39,367 nt of DNA from Squatina squatina (GCA_031763465.1 JARFOE010000168.1:8225018-8264384), one strand, 5' to 3'; shown: positions 1 to 10,911, numbered from the stretch's first letter. The notes: generated by a model not told the origin, from the sequence alone. Numbers and translations are program-made.

Positions 1-333
1 ATCCCCTGCGCTTTTTCCACTCACCATCTATTCTTTAGGTCCTAGGTTTATTGTCAGACCTCGGCCTGTAGACCTGTTTTCTTTCCCTTGAGTTTTGATG
101 ATGCTTTCAATTCAAGAGGCTGTTTGCAGTTTAACAGCTCCTGGATCTCCTGGTCATTCTCGTCTTGATGTTTCCTGGTAGAGAAACAAAGCGTCTTCCC
201 ACAGGTGTTGGTAATCGTAGACGTAAGGGCAGACCTGGCAATGTGGGCACTCTGTGGCTCCGACGCGTTGAGCATTATCAGGTTGGTTGTGAGGCGTTGG
301 CTGAGTAGGGCTTTCTTCGCAAGATCTTTCAAT
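1..333 (-). mobile_element. RTE-clade LINE fragment (EN-RT linker), inverted relative to the adjoining RT part
   Basis: Minus-strand translation LKDLAKKALLSQRLTTNL...DENDQEIQELL...QAEV, then ...LKNRW*VEKAQG. This resembles the RTE linker that lies just upstream of the RT region seen on + from about 334. Confidence 0.8.
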
Positions 334-1717
334 CTAAGCACCCAAGGATCTACCCCGCTGAGAGCTAAGAACGGAGAGGTGTTCAGCAAGGATAGAGAGG
401 CAGTCAGCGCCTGCTAGAAGGAGCATTTCGAGGAACTCCTCATCCAAGACTCGGTCCTCGACATGAGTGCCCTGGACTTCATCCCACGACATCCTGCCCA
501 CCACTATCTCAGCACAACCCCAGCCTGCCATAAGGCTGAAAAGGCCATCCAAAAGCTGAAAGAGAACAAGGCCTCCGGCACGGAGGGAATCCCTGCCGTA
601 ATACTAAAATACGGCGGAGAGGCACACTCGGAATGAACTCATGCCCTCAACTCCCTAATCTGTAAGGAGGAGAGCATGCCAGGGGATCTCAGAGATGCTG
701 TAATGCTGACCATCTTCAAGAAAGGAGACAAGTCCGATTGTGGAAACTACAGAAGGGTCTCCCTGCTGTCCGCCACAGGGAAGGTCATCGCAAGGATCCA
801 CCTGAACTGGCTCCTCCCAATGGCTGAAGAGGTCCTCCCAGGATCACAATGCAGATTCCGCTCATCAAGATGCACAATGGACATGATCTTCAGTGCGCGG
901 AAGTCCAAAAAAAGTGTAGAGTGCAGCATCAACCTCTCACAATGGCCTTCGACTTGGTCACCTGGGAGGGATTATGGGGAGATCTTCCCAAATTTGGCTG
1001 CCCTCAAAAATTCGTCACCATCCTCTGCCTGCTCCAGGATGACATACAAGCCATGATCCTCACCAATGGATCCACTGCAGATCCAATACAACTGCAAACT
1101 GGGGTCAAGCAAGGCTGCCTCATCACACCAGCGCTCTTCTCCATCTTCCTGGCCACAACCCTCCACCCCATCTCCATGAAGCTTCCTGCCGGAGTGGAGC
1201 TAATCTACAGGATGAGCGGAAAACTATTCAACCTCCGTCACCTCCAGTCCAGAACCAAGACCACCCCAACCTCTGTCATCGAGCTGCATTACGCAGACGC
1301 CGCTTGCCTGTGTGCACACTCGCAGGCTGAGCTCCAAACCATCACAATTTATTCACTGAGGTGTACGTGAGAATGGGCCTTACACAAAAAAACAAAGGTC
1401 TTTTTACAGCCTGCTCCCATCACATAAAACTGCGCCTCAACTATCAGAATCCACAGCGAGCCCCTGGACAATGTGGATCACTTTCCACACCTTGTGTGCA
1501 TCCTCTTAGCAAGTGCAGATATAGAGGATGAAACCCATCACCACCTCCAGTGCGCCAATACAGCCTTCAGTTGCCTGAGGAAAAGAGTATTTGAAGATAA
1601 AGACCTTAAACCCAGCACCAAGCTCATGGTCTACAGGGCAGCGGTGATACCTCCTTTCTGCATCGGAGACGTGGACAATGTACAGCAGGCACCTCAAAAC
1701 ACTGGAGAAATATCACC
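334..1717 (+). mobile_element. RTE-clade LINE, degenerate reverse transcriptase region
   Basis: Motifs IFKKGDKSDCGNYRRVSLLS, KFGCPQKFV, TGVKQGCLITPALFSIF, YADA (degenerate YADD) and KLMVYRAAV. Several frameshifts; ends at a gap. Confidence 0.92.
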
Positions 1718-2420
1718 NNNNNNNNNNNNNNNNNNNNNNNNNNNNNNNNNNNNNNNNNNNNNNNNNNNNNNNNNNNNNNNNNNNNNNNNNNNNNNNNNNN
1801 NNNNNNNNNNNNNNNNNATTTTCCTGCCCTTTTCCCATAACTTTTAAAATCTAATATCTTCAAAGTTCAGCAATGACAGATGTGGCATTAGCCAGTGAAC
1901 ACTCAACACCTTCACATGTCATTCCTCCACCTGTTAAAAGGGAAAAAGAGAAAGGCTTGAAATCAGAGTTTAAAGAGATGTCATTGTGATTTACACTTTC
2001 AATAAACATGAGTACTGAAATGTCAAAACATTATAATTTAATTCTGCAATGTAATTAAATGTATAATTCCTCAGGGAGAAAGAGCACTTAACCCTTTCAA
2101 TTACACTTTAACCTTATTTGCAACTACTTGACACAATTTCCTCACTGTCATTATTGCTGCCATATGCTATTTAATTAGGAATATGTAAAAGCTTCAGATT
2201 TCCAGCAGTGGATACCCAAGTTATATGTTAGATGAAGCTTTTATTTTAAAAAATCATCAATCAGTTTAGAAGTAGCAAAATAACTAAGTTGTGTGAAAAC
2301 CTTTGGACCACAAAGAAACTGAGCTTATAATGATGTTGAAAAGGAATGAACAGTAAAAATACAAAAAGGTAAAGGACACAAAGAACATACCTAAAGGGTT
2401 TGTGCAATGGTGTAAAATGG

Positions 2421-2520
2421 GTGACAGCGAGTCGGCTGCCCATTTTGCCTCTCTCTCGATTAACTTCAATGGAAATAAAAATCAGGAGAGATGTAAAATG
2501 GGCTAGCAACTCGCCATTAC
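2421..2520. repeat. Imperfect palindromic (MITE-like) element, truncated by gap
   Basis: 2427-2461 (gcgagtcggctgcccattttgcctctctctcgatt) is approximately the reverse complement of 2480-2514, around a central aacttcaatggaaataaa. Confidence 0.65.
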
Positions 2521-2904
2521 NNNNNNNNNNNNNNNNNNNNNNNNNNNNNNNNNNNNNNNNNNNNNNNNNNNNNNNNNNNNNNNNNNNNNNNNNNNNNNNN
2601 NNNNNNNNNNNNNNNNNNNNATGGTGCAACCTGGCCTACATCCACCACAGACACAGCACTACCAATGACTGTTAACGTCACCTCTGCCCTGATCTTCTGT
2701 GCTGCAGGTTTATCTAGGCTGCTGCAGGGACATCAGCAGCATCAACCAATGTACAGTGCACAGATGTATCAAGCAGGTGACTGATGCCGTGTTTGCCAGA
2801 GCTGGCAACTTTCACAGTTTTTCCATGGAAAATTAGCAAAAAGATTTTTCGAATAGCAGCGTCCTTCAAAGACTATGGCAAACAATGCCACTTCCTTCTG
2901 TGTC

Positions 2905-3852
2905 CAACCCTGGAAAAACTCTCTCCCAAGTCACTTACAACTTCACTTTCAAATTCCCAACTGTCTAGTTTTGGCCCTCCATTCACCACAACCTTTCCGC
3001 AGCTACCGATTTGCTCAATCACACCCTCACTTCCACCTTTGATGCACTTGTCCCCATTAAATCCATTACTCTCACCCTGGTACAGTCCTCATCTCCGCTG
3101 CCTTAAGTCCAAGGGATGTAGACTTGAACGTTCATGGCGGACAACTGGATTAGCTATTCATCGCTAGGTCAGGTTGGACCACATAAAGCACTATTGAGTC
3201 TTGCTCTCCTCTTCCAAAACTGTTCACCATTCCAGGATCATCCTGGGATGCAAAGATAACCCCCAGTTTCTCTTCACACAAACCATCTTCTGAAACCCTT
3301 CTCCCATGCATCCTCCACGATCACCTCCAACAACAAGTGCAAGGAGCTCATGGACTTCATTGACATTGAGACCATCCAATTGGCTGCCTCTGCTGCTTCT
3401 CTCCCTTCCTCTAGCCCACCGGGTCAAACGTTCCCTACGGTTCCCCCTGCCCTACCCTGAACTTGCACCTTTCTCTATGTTTCTCTTCTATCTCCATTCA
3501 TGTCCTCTCCGAGTTCATCTTGTCCTTGAGGTCCACCTCCTGCTCCCTTGACCCTATTCCCAGCAAACTGCTGACCACCCAACTTCCCTTCCTGGCCCCC
3601 TTCTTAGCTGATATTGTTAACAGTTCACTCTCCTCAGGTACTGTGCCCCTTCCCTTCAAATCTGCCGTCATCACCCTGTGCCTCAAATAACCCACCTTTG
3701 ACCCCTCTGTCCTTGTAAGCTGCCACCCCATCTCCAACCTCCCTGTCCTCTCCAAAGTCCTTGAACGTGTCTTCACCTCCCAAATCCATGCCCATCTTTC
3801 CCGCAATTACATTTTACAACCCCTCCAATCAGGATTTCTGCCTCTGCTACAG
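2905..3852 (+). mobile_element. L2-clade LINE ORF2 fragment, degenerate
   Basis: PWYSPHLRCLKSKGCRLERSWRTTG, CSLDPIPSKLL, SLSSGTVPLPFKSAVIT, PISNLPVLSKVLERV. C/T-rich composition. Confidence 0.88.
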
Positions 3853-3952
3853 NNNNNNNNNNNNNNNNNNNNNNNNNNNNNNNNNNNNNNNNNNNNNNNN
3901 NNNNNNNNNNNNNNNNNNNNNNNNNNNNNNNNNNNNNNNNNNNNNNNNNNNN

Positions 3953-4750
3953 GACACACGCACATGTATCACGAGTCAGGATAATCTCAGACGGTCCAGT
4001 CCACTTTGGGGCAAATCCTGGTTGCCCCGGAGCTATTTGTACAAACAATCGGACTCCTACCTCTAGGGCAGGGTCGTGACTTAGATGCTTACTCTTCCCT
4101 TCAAGGTCCTTAATAATCTGTCTATCCTTCACCTCCTGTCTTAGTTCTTTCAATTGTTCATCCAATCGGTTTACATATGATTTGATCCTGTCCCTAAAAG
4201 GTCCCATTTCCTCACTACCTGCGGCTATCCCTTCTGGTAGACGCATGGCCCTCCCTGTCATTACTTCATATGGGATTAATCCAGTTGTCCTATTCAGGGT
4301 GGCTCTCAGTCTCATTAAAATGCAGGGGAGTACTTCCACGCATCTTCTGCCTGTTTCTGCAATTGCTTTTGCAATAGCATTCTTTAAGGTTCGGTTCATC
4401 CGCTCTACCATTCCCAAACTCTGCGGGTGGTCGGGTAACCTAACAGTTCGCATGTCTTTTTCATCACACTTCCTGTGAAATGGGTACCTTGATCTGAATC
4501 TATTTGGAGTGTAACTCCCCACCATGGTATTACCTCGAAGGCAAGCACCTTTGCTACTGTGAGGGTGCTGCAATCTCTGGCTGGGAACGCCTCCACCCAT
4601 CTGGTAAATTGATCTATTATTACTAGGCAATACTTCTTCCCATGGCTGTCGGGAAGGGGCCCAGTAAAATCTATCTGTAGGTTTTCCCATGGACCCTTCG
4701 GGTATCGCTAATGGGCAATTCTAACTTTGATGGGCTTGCAGGGATTTCGG
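3953..4750 (-). pseudogene. Retroviral integrase (core and GPY/F-like C-terminal module), disrupted
   Basis: GPWENLQIDFTGPLP...YCLVIIDQFTRWVEAFP, DSDQGTHFTG, HPQSLGMVERMNRTLK (D,D,E) and KWTGPSEIILT. Stop at 4708-4710 and a frameshift near 4435. Confidence 0.92.
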
Positions 4751-5302
4751 GTATAGCCCTCTGCCCCAGCATAGCCCGCTGAGCGGGCATCCATTCCTTG
4801 CCGGGACAGCCACCTGGCTCTGTCTACCTGGCTGTCCGGGCACTGGGGGAACACATTCCACCTTAATTGGCGTTGCTGGGTATTGAGGCGGTGAACCCCA
4901 CCCAGACTCTTTCTCTTCCTCGTACTCCGCCGCCTGTTCGGCCAGACCATCCCAGTCTATGCTATTCATATAGGACGGGGCGGTAGGTGTCTGTTGAAGC
5001 GAGTTTAATGTTGACATTACATTTTTAACCTGTTGTAGTTTCTCAACTTGGGATTTGTTGGTCAACATTTTATTTACCCTTTTACTTAATTCTACATGTT
5101 GTCTTAACATAAGGATCCATCCTTTGTCATCTTTATCTTTATCTTTGTTTTGTTTATCCCACCACTTTCTCTGATCAGCGGGTGGGTCAGATGGTTTCCA
5201 ATCGTTCTTAATCATTTTGTCTATCAATTTCTTATTCTTGTCTGCTAGATACCTAGTCAGGGATCCCTCTGGTCCCCACTCGAGTTTATCCTTGCCGGCC
5301 AT
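4750..5302 (-). pseudogene. Retroviral gag N-terminal part, truncated
   Basis: The ORF starts about 300 nt after the PBS in good context (gagATGG) and contains the PTAP and PPQY (PPxY) late-domain motifs. Confidence 0.75.
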
Positions 5303-5599
5303 CTCTGGATGGAGCTATCAGGTCTATTTGTCGTCAGCGGTACAGTTCATACCTGATCTCCCGAGATTGAACACGTGACTTGCGACTAATACCAGTTATA
5401 AACACATTAACAATTACTATAACCGTTTCCACCTCATTTTCCCCTATCACCTCTTGCACTCTTGCCTGGAGTCTGGTTCTTTAATCCATGAGGCGCCTGA
5501 CTCTTCTCAGGGCCGGGACGAAGTCTAATTTAGCATGAATAAAAGTATCCTCACACAGCGCCTTGCCCCGACATCCCTTTGGTGTCCTGCGTCTCTTGC

Positions 5600-5617
5600 A
5601 CCCTGCTCACAGCGCCA
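5600..5617 (-). promoter_or_regulatory. Primer-binding site, tRNA-Ser (CGA-type)
   Basis: Minus strand reads TGGCGCTGTGAGCAGGGT, complementary to the 3' end ...CCTGCTCACAGCG-CCA of vertebrate tRNA-Ser(CGA) as recalled. It lies 4 nt after the LTR-terminal CA. Confidence 0.85.
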
Positions 5618-5621
5618 AAAT

Positions 5622-5819
5622 TGAAATGTCAGACTGGACTAAGTGATTTGCAAAGACGACACTCGGAGTCCAGTTACAAGATGCAAGAGGTTTATTCACG
5701 CATGCGGGGAGCAGTGCACAGACCTTCTCCACCATTGCTTAGTTACTACAGATTTTTAGACATTCATTGTTCATACATCTACATGCCCCATTATGGGCAG
5801 ATATACAGTTACGACACCC
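5622..5819 (-). repeat. Partial 5' LTR (U5/R/part of U3)
   Basis: Ends ...TTTCA at 5622 on -, next to the PBS. AATAAA on - at 5696-5691. Cut by a gap. Confidence 0.75.
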
Positions 5820-6415
5820 NNNNNNNNNNNNNNNNNNNNNNNNNNNNNNNNNNNNNNNNNNNNNNNNNNNNNNNNNNNNNNNNNNNNNNNNNNNNNNNNN
5901 NNNNNNNNNNNNNNNNNNNGTTTGCACTCACCAGTTACAGTGCCAACTAAAGTGGATTAAGTTACTGCCTTGCAATCACTCCTAGATACCCATTATTTTC
6001 TATATAATTAATAATCTGGTTTTTTTTATTTATCTACTAACTGCAGATACTATTTTGCATGGAAACATGTGCTGGAGTACTGCCAAATCATGACGCAAAG
6101 TGAATACATTCAAGTGACAACAGTGATTTACTGAAGAAGGCTTGATAATGTTCTGAGGCAACCATATATGGTTTATCTGAGATTTGTAGTTAAACATTTA
6201 CATCTCATTAACCTAAATCTGGCTGGAGCTTATTAAAAAGTGTACATTAACACTGTAATTTTCAAACATGATTGTAACATAATATTAGCATTATCCAATC
6301 AAAAGCTATGGTGAGATGTGTCAGCTTTTGTTCCTGAAAATATATATAGATTAGTTTTCAATGTGAATTCAAAGAAAGAGTAAAGAGATATATACTACAT
6401 GAATCAGAGACTTAC

Positions 6416-6647
6416 CTTAAAGTTGTACACCTCGACTTCATGCACATGAACATGTCTTTCTGCCATGGTTGTCAGAATGTCACCGGCTGCATTCCAGTCA
6501 TCCAGGTTCTCAATGATGTTGTTCAACTTGCTCATCACTGCTTTACCATGCCTTCTGATCTGAGCAGATTTTTGCATTTCTTCTGGGGTTGAAATGTTCT
6601 CAAAAGTCTTGAAGTACTTCTTTGTTTCGGGATGATCTGTGAACAAT
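6416..6647 (-). CDS. GBY: Globin central exon 2, globin Y-like
   Basis: 232-nt exon with CAG acceptor and GTAAGT donor, phases matching B12.2/G7.0. Encodes LFTDHPETKKYFK...HGKAVM...ENLDDW...ERH...VYNFK with CD1 Phe, E7 His and F8 His. Closer to recalled GbY than to cytoglobin. Confidence 0.85.
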
Positions 6648-6964
6648 CTGATTCATACAAGTTAAAGGTTTTTAAATTCTTTGGAAATGGAAGTATATAG
6701 TCTTGAGGGTTTCTTTTAACTAAAATACAATGTTTTGTTACTTTTGATCCAATACAAAAAGATAAAAAATCAGTAAAACTTTCAGAAATAATTTTTATAA
6801 ACTCAATCTGTTAATATTGCAAAGTAGAAAACAGAAATAGATCATTATCAAGAAAGAAAGTAGGACCCAATTACACTCTCCACAACTCCAAATAGTTATA
6901 TCTGGAGAGGAGCAATGAAAGTGTCAGATGGAGACAACTGGAAAATAAAATCAATGGCAGAGGA

Positions 6965-7108
6965 GATAATAATGGGCCCCATAGAAATTTTCTGGGGAGT
7001 AGGATGTGACAATTGGCCCAGATGAGACTCCCTCTGGGAGGATATGGTGACAATGGGCCCAGGTGAGACTCTCTCTGGTGGAGTTGGAGCTGACAATGGG
7101 CCCAGGTA
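6965..7108. repeat. Degenerate minisatellite, about 40-43 bp unit
   Basis: The core aatgggccc or aattggccc recurs at 6971, 7011, 7052 and 7095, with gagactc..ctctgg in later units. Confidence 0.7.
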
Positions 7109-7534
7109 NNNNNNNNNNNNNNNNNNNNNNNNNNNNNNNNNNNNNNNNNNNNNNNNNNNNNNNNNNNNNNNNNNNNNNNNNNNNNNNNNNNNNNNNNNNN
7201 NNNNNNNNCCGAATGGCCTCCTTTTGTGCCGTAAATTTCTATGGTTCTGTTCTAGGAAACAAATTAAATGTAAAAAAGAACCTCCACAAATCCTGCAGAG
7301 AGAAATGCTGAAAGGTTTCATTGGGATGGATATAAGAAAATGCAGAAACAAGCTATATGGGTGATGAGAGAGGAGAAGCAGTACCCAGGATAAAGCATAA
7401 CAGAAGAAGCTAAAAACAACAGTAAAAACACAGCACTACAACAGTCAAAGAAGAGGCGTAAACCCTAAAAGATGTAAATGAGTTTAAAACTGAGAATGAT
7501 ACAAAATAATAAATATTTTGAATTCTTCTCACAG

Positions 7535-7944
7535 GGAAAAAAAGTTGCCTCATTCCACTATCCCGGAGGAAATGTGACTTATGGTGGACAAGCAGTTTAT
7601 AGATCGTTGGGGGAATCACTTTTACACCCAGATGCTAATGAGACAGAATGGAGAATAAACATCGATATAGTGATGGAATGGTTTGAGAAGGAGGACTTCG
7701 ATTTTGTAACTCTTTACTATGGAGAGCCTGATAATATTGGGCACAAATTTGGACCAGAGACACAGCAGAGGCGTGATATCATTCGACAGATTGATAGAAC
7801 CATTGGTTACCTAATATCCAGTATTGAGAGGCACAGCCTGAAGGATCGGCTAAATGTTATAATAACCTCCGACCACGGGATGACAACAATAAAGAAAACC
7901 CCTGAAGTTGATGAAATCAGGCTGTCAAAGTTTATCAGTTTTAA
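7535..7944 (+). CDS. ENPP7: ENPP7-like (alkaline sphingomyelinase family) internal exon, partial
   Basis: Acceptor cttctcacag. Encodes YPGGNVTY, NETEWRINIDIVMEWF, VTLYYGEPDNIGHKFGP and NVIITSDHGMTT. Open to the gap. Could be a paralog. Confidence 0.88.
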
Positions 7945-8044
7945 NNNNNNNNNNNNNNNNNNNNNNNNNNNNNNNNNNNNNNNNNNNNNNNNNNNNNNNN
8001 NNNNNNNNNNNNNNNNNNNNNNNNNNNNNNNNNNNNNNNNNNNN

Positions 8045-8310
8045 TTTTGGTACTATGATCACTGTTCCCTAAACATTTGCTCTACTTGACCTACCTCAGT
8101 CCCCAGAACCAGATCCAGCAATGCCTCCTTCCTCATTGGGCCGGAAACATACAGATCAAGGAAGTTCTCCTGAACACACTTCAGAAAATCTTCCCCCCTC
8201 TGCCCTTTGCACTATTGCTATCCCAGTCTATATTAGGATAGTTGAAGTCCCCCACTATCAGTACTCTATAGTTCTTGCATTTTCCTTTTTTTCCCTCTCC
8301 AATTCTTTTG
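8045..8310 (-). mobile_element. CR1 LINE endonuclease fragment
   Basis: Minus strand encodes IVGDFNYPNIDW...KCVQENFLD...EALLDLVLG. Confidence 0.85.
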
Positions 8311-8828
8311 CCATCTTTCCTGAAAGCAGAGACTCATGCTGGAGTACAGTTTCTGATATTCCGATAGCCCTCCAGTACTTCATCCAAATGGCCATTTTCA
8401 TGTATATGCTCATGTAGTGTTAGTCCATCACCTTTGGACTGTAGAGGCATCACAGTCAACCTTCATCCTATCCTCAAGTAACATCTAGATACGTGCACTT
8501 TGCACCAGGGGCCACTGGATACTGATCAGAAACTGGAATCCTGTTTAATTTTTCCCTTCATTAGCCCATGGGTGCTGCAGCCAATTATAACACACTTATT
8601 CCCACCCCAGCAAAACTCAGCTAATTTAGTACAAACTGGGGATTGAACCTGATATAGAAACTTTGATGTGAGCACAAAGTGGTCCTTAATTGGCCATTTT
8701 TTAATTGTTTGCTTGTTAAGAAAAATGTATGTAATAACTTTCTATTGTCCACATGATTTAATTGCAGAAAAATGAGCGGCGGGAAAAATGTTTCAGTGCT
8801 TTTGACGTTTTATAAATTCATTGTTCAG

Positions 8829-8962
8829 TTGTCAGGAGAGAATATTAGACTAGCTGAAAACGTGGCAATAATCTCTGAAGGAACCACTGGTCTGGTCACG
8901 TGGGAAGCTGCACTGTACTTCGCAGAATGGGCAATGGAAAACTCTGAGGTGTTTAATTGCAG
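8829..8962 (+). CDS. EEF2KMT: EEF2 lysine methyltransferase (FAM86) internal exon
   Basis: 134-nt AG/GT exon encoding ENVAIISEGTTGLVTWEAALYFAEWAMEN, the EEF2KMT signature segment. Confidence 0.9.
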
Positions 8963-9649
8963 GTTAGAATCTAAATCCAATGTACAAAATAAACACAATT
9001 GTGGCAACAGCGGGAGTTGATTTTACTTCCATAAAAGGAAAATTGATATTTTCTGATTTTCTTGTGCTTAAAGTATATTTTATCCCTTTTTAAGTTCCCC
9101 CATNNNNNNNNNNNNNNNNNNNNNNNNNNNNNNNNNNNNNNNNNNNNNNNNNNNNNNNNNNNNNNNNNNNNNNNNNNNNNNNNNNNNNNNNNNNNNNNNN
9201 NNNGAGTGGTATATAAAATACACATGATGCAATATTGTCTGAATTTATGCCACCAATATAGAACATTACAGTGATAAAAAATTTAAGCCATCAAAGGATT
9301 TCTAAAATGGTATTGCCTTTGAACCAGGGTTGAAATGTAAAATAATCTTTAGCAAAGTCAATGTATTAACCAAGCTGGTTTTCAACAAGATAAATACTTG
9401 TTAGTTATTCCATCCGATAATCTCATAAATCAGTGATTTCAACAGCCGTGCCTGGTATGTAACTGTATTCTTTCCTGTATGCAGTCTTTGTTCCTCTAAG
9501 GGCTGTTCAATCACTGCTAATACATTCTTGCCATAAACTAAATGGGTCAAAAAGTAAAATAACAATATTGTTAAAATTATAGATTGAAAGTAAGAACATG
9601 CATTTATATAGTGCTTTTCATAATCTCAGGACATCTCAATGTGCTTCAT

Positions 9650-10103
9650 TCAAAATCGTCATTCCCAAGTACCATAAAAACTTTCTAATCGAGATATTTT
9701 TTTACTGCTTTCCTCCCTCAGTCTCTGCACTGAGCGACTTCTCATCCTCGATGATTTCAACCTCCATCTAAATTCATCATGCTCTCTCTCCTGAGTTCTC
9801 TGTCCCTTCTATCCTCCCTTAATTTCGCCCTCCATATAAACTCCCCTACCCATATTCACGGCCACCCCCTTGATCTTGCCATCACATGTGGCCTCACTAC
9901 TCCCATTGTGTCATTCACAGATAAGGTCATCTCTGATCACTTCCTTGTATCGCTCTCCACCGACATCCCCCTTCCCCCTCCCAACCCTACTTTCTTCCGT
10001 GTCTGTCCCGGAAAAAACTCTCTCTCAATTCACATACAACTGCCGTTTCAAAATCCCAATTGTATAGCCTTTGGCTCTCCATTCACCACGACATTTCTGA
10101 AGC
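9650..10103 (+). mobile_element. L2 LINE endonuclease fragment
   Basis: LILDDFNLHL, SPTHIHGHPLDLAIT and ISDHFLV. Preceded by a short Deu-SINE-like tail at about 9590-9650. Confidence 0.85.
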
Positions 10104-10321
10104 NNNNNNNNNNNNNNNNNNNNNNNNNNNNNNNNNNNNNNNNNNNNNNNNNNNNNNNNNNNNNNNNNNNNNNNNNNNNNNNNNNNNNNNNNNNNNNNNN
10201 NNNACCATTCAGTCCACGGTAGTATTTATTTCTTCTGGAGATACAATCCTCTGTTATATACTACACATTATTTTGTAGCTCTAGCACTTAGTAGGTCACT
10301 ATCAAATGATATACTACGTAC

Positions 10322-10425
10322 CCTATGACAAGATTAACAATGCAGAGGTGATAAATTTTTTTGTCTGGGTCATCATATGCCAGTTGCTCCTCTTCCTTTT
10401 CAATCTTCCTCATCAGTTCCTCTGC
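10322..10425 (-). CDS. IFT70: IFT70/TTC30 exon
   Basis: AG/GT-bounded exon encoding AEELMRKIEKEEEQLAYDDPDKKIYHLCIVNLVIG. Not in the ORF track. Confidence 0.92.
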
Positions 10426-10639
10426 CTTTCAGGGGAGATATATACATTCCTATTAGTACAAAGTAAACTATTCTGAAAACAAATCTTTAATAAAAAAAAA
10501 TTATAGTGGAGTCAGTGGAGTATCGCAGAAGAGGACCAGAGCAAATTTAAACAGCGCGGAGAACCAAAGTGAATCACTTCTCATTTCTTTGCATTAAATT
10601 TCATCTACCGTGTGTCTGCCCATTTCACCAGTCTGTCTA

Positions 10640-10790
10640 TGAGAGATGAGGAATAGGAGGGGGCCAAGGATAGCTATTTGGGAGACTCCAGAGGCAATGG
10701 TGCGGGTGCAGGAAGAGAAACCATTGCAGGAGATTCTCTGGCTATGACTGGATTAATAAGAGTGGAACCAGGCAAGGCCAGTCCCTCAAC
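10640..10790 (-). mobile_element. L2 RT fragment
   Basis: Minus strand encodes LAWFHSY*SSHSQRISCNGFSS...SGV. Confidence 0.75.
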
Positions 10791-10911
10791 AACAGTCACA
10801 GAGAAGTGATTGACAGTCAGCGGGTTACGAGGAACCTAGTGGAGATACTGCAGAATTTTATCCTGTCCAACAGGTACAATGTAAGGATAACATGAAAGGC
10901 TGTAGGGGAGA

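Larger units (their letters stand above)
3953..5819 (-). mobile_element. Endogenous retrovirus, internally deleted (5' LTR, PBS, leader, gag N-terminus, integrase)
   Basis: On -: LTR end CA, PBS, gag-like ORF with late domains and a DDE integrase. Both ends run into gaps. Confidence 0.88.

Noticed and set aside
3773-4690. 305-aa ORF as an intact gene
   Set aside because: It is a chimera of an out-of-frame integrase segment, the in-frame integrase C-terminus, a gap and antisense L2.
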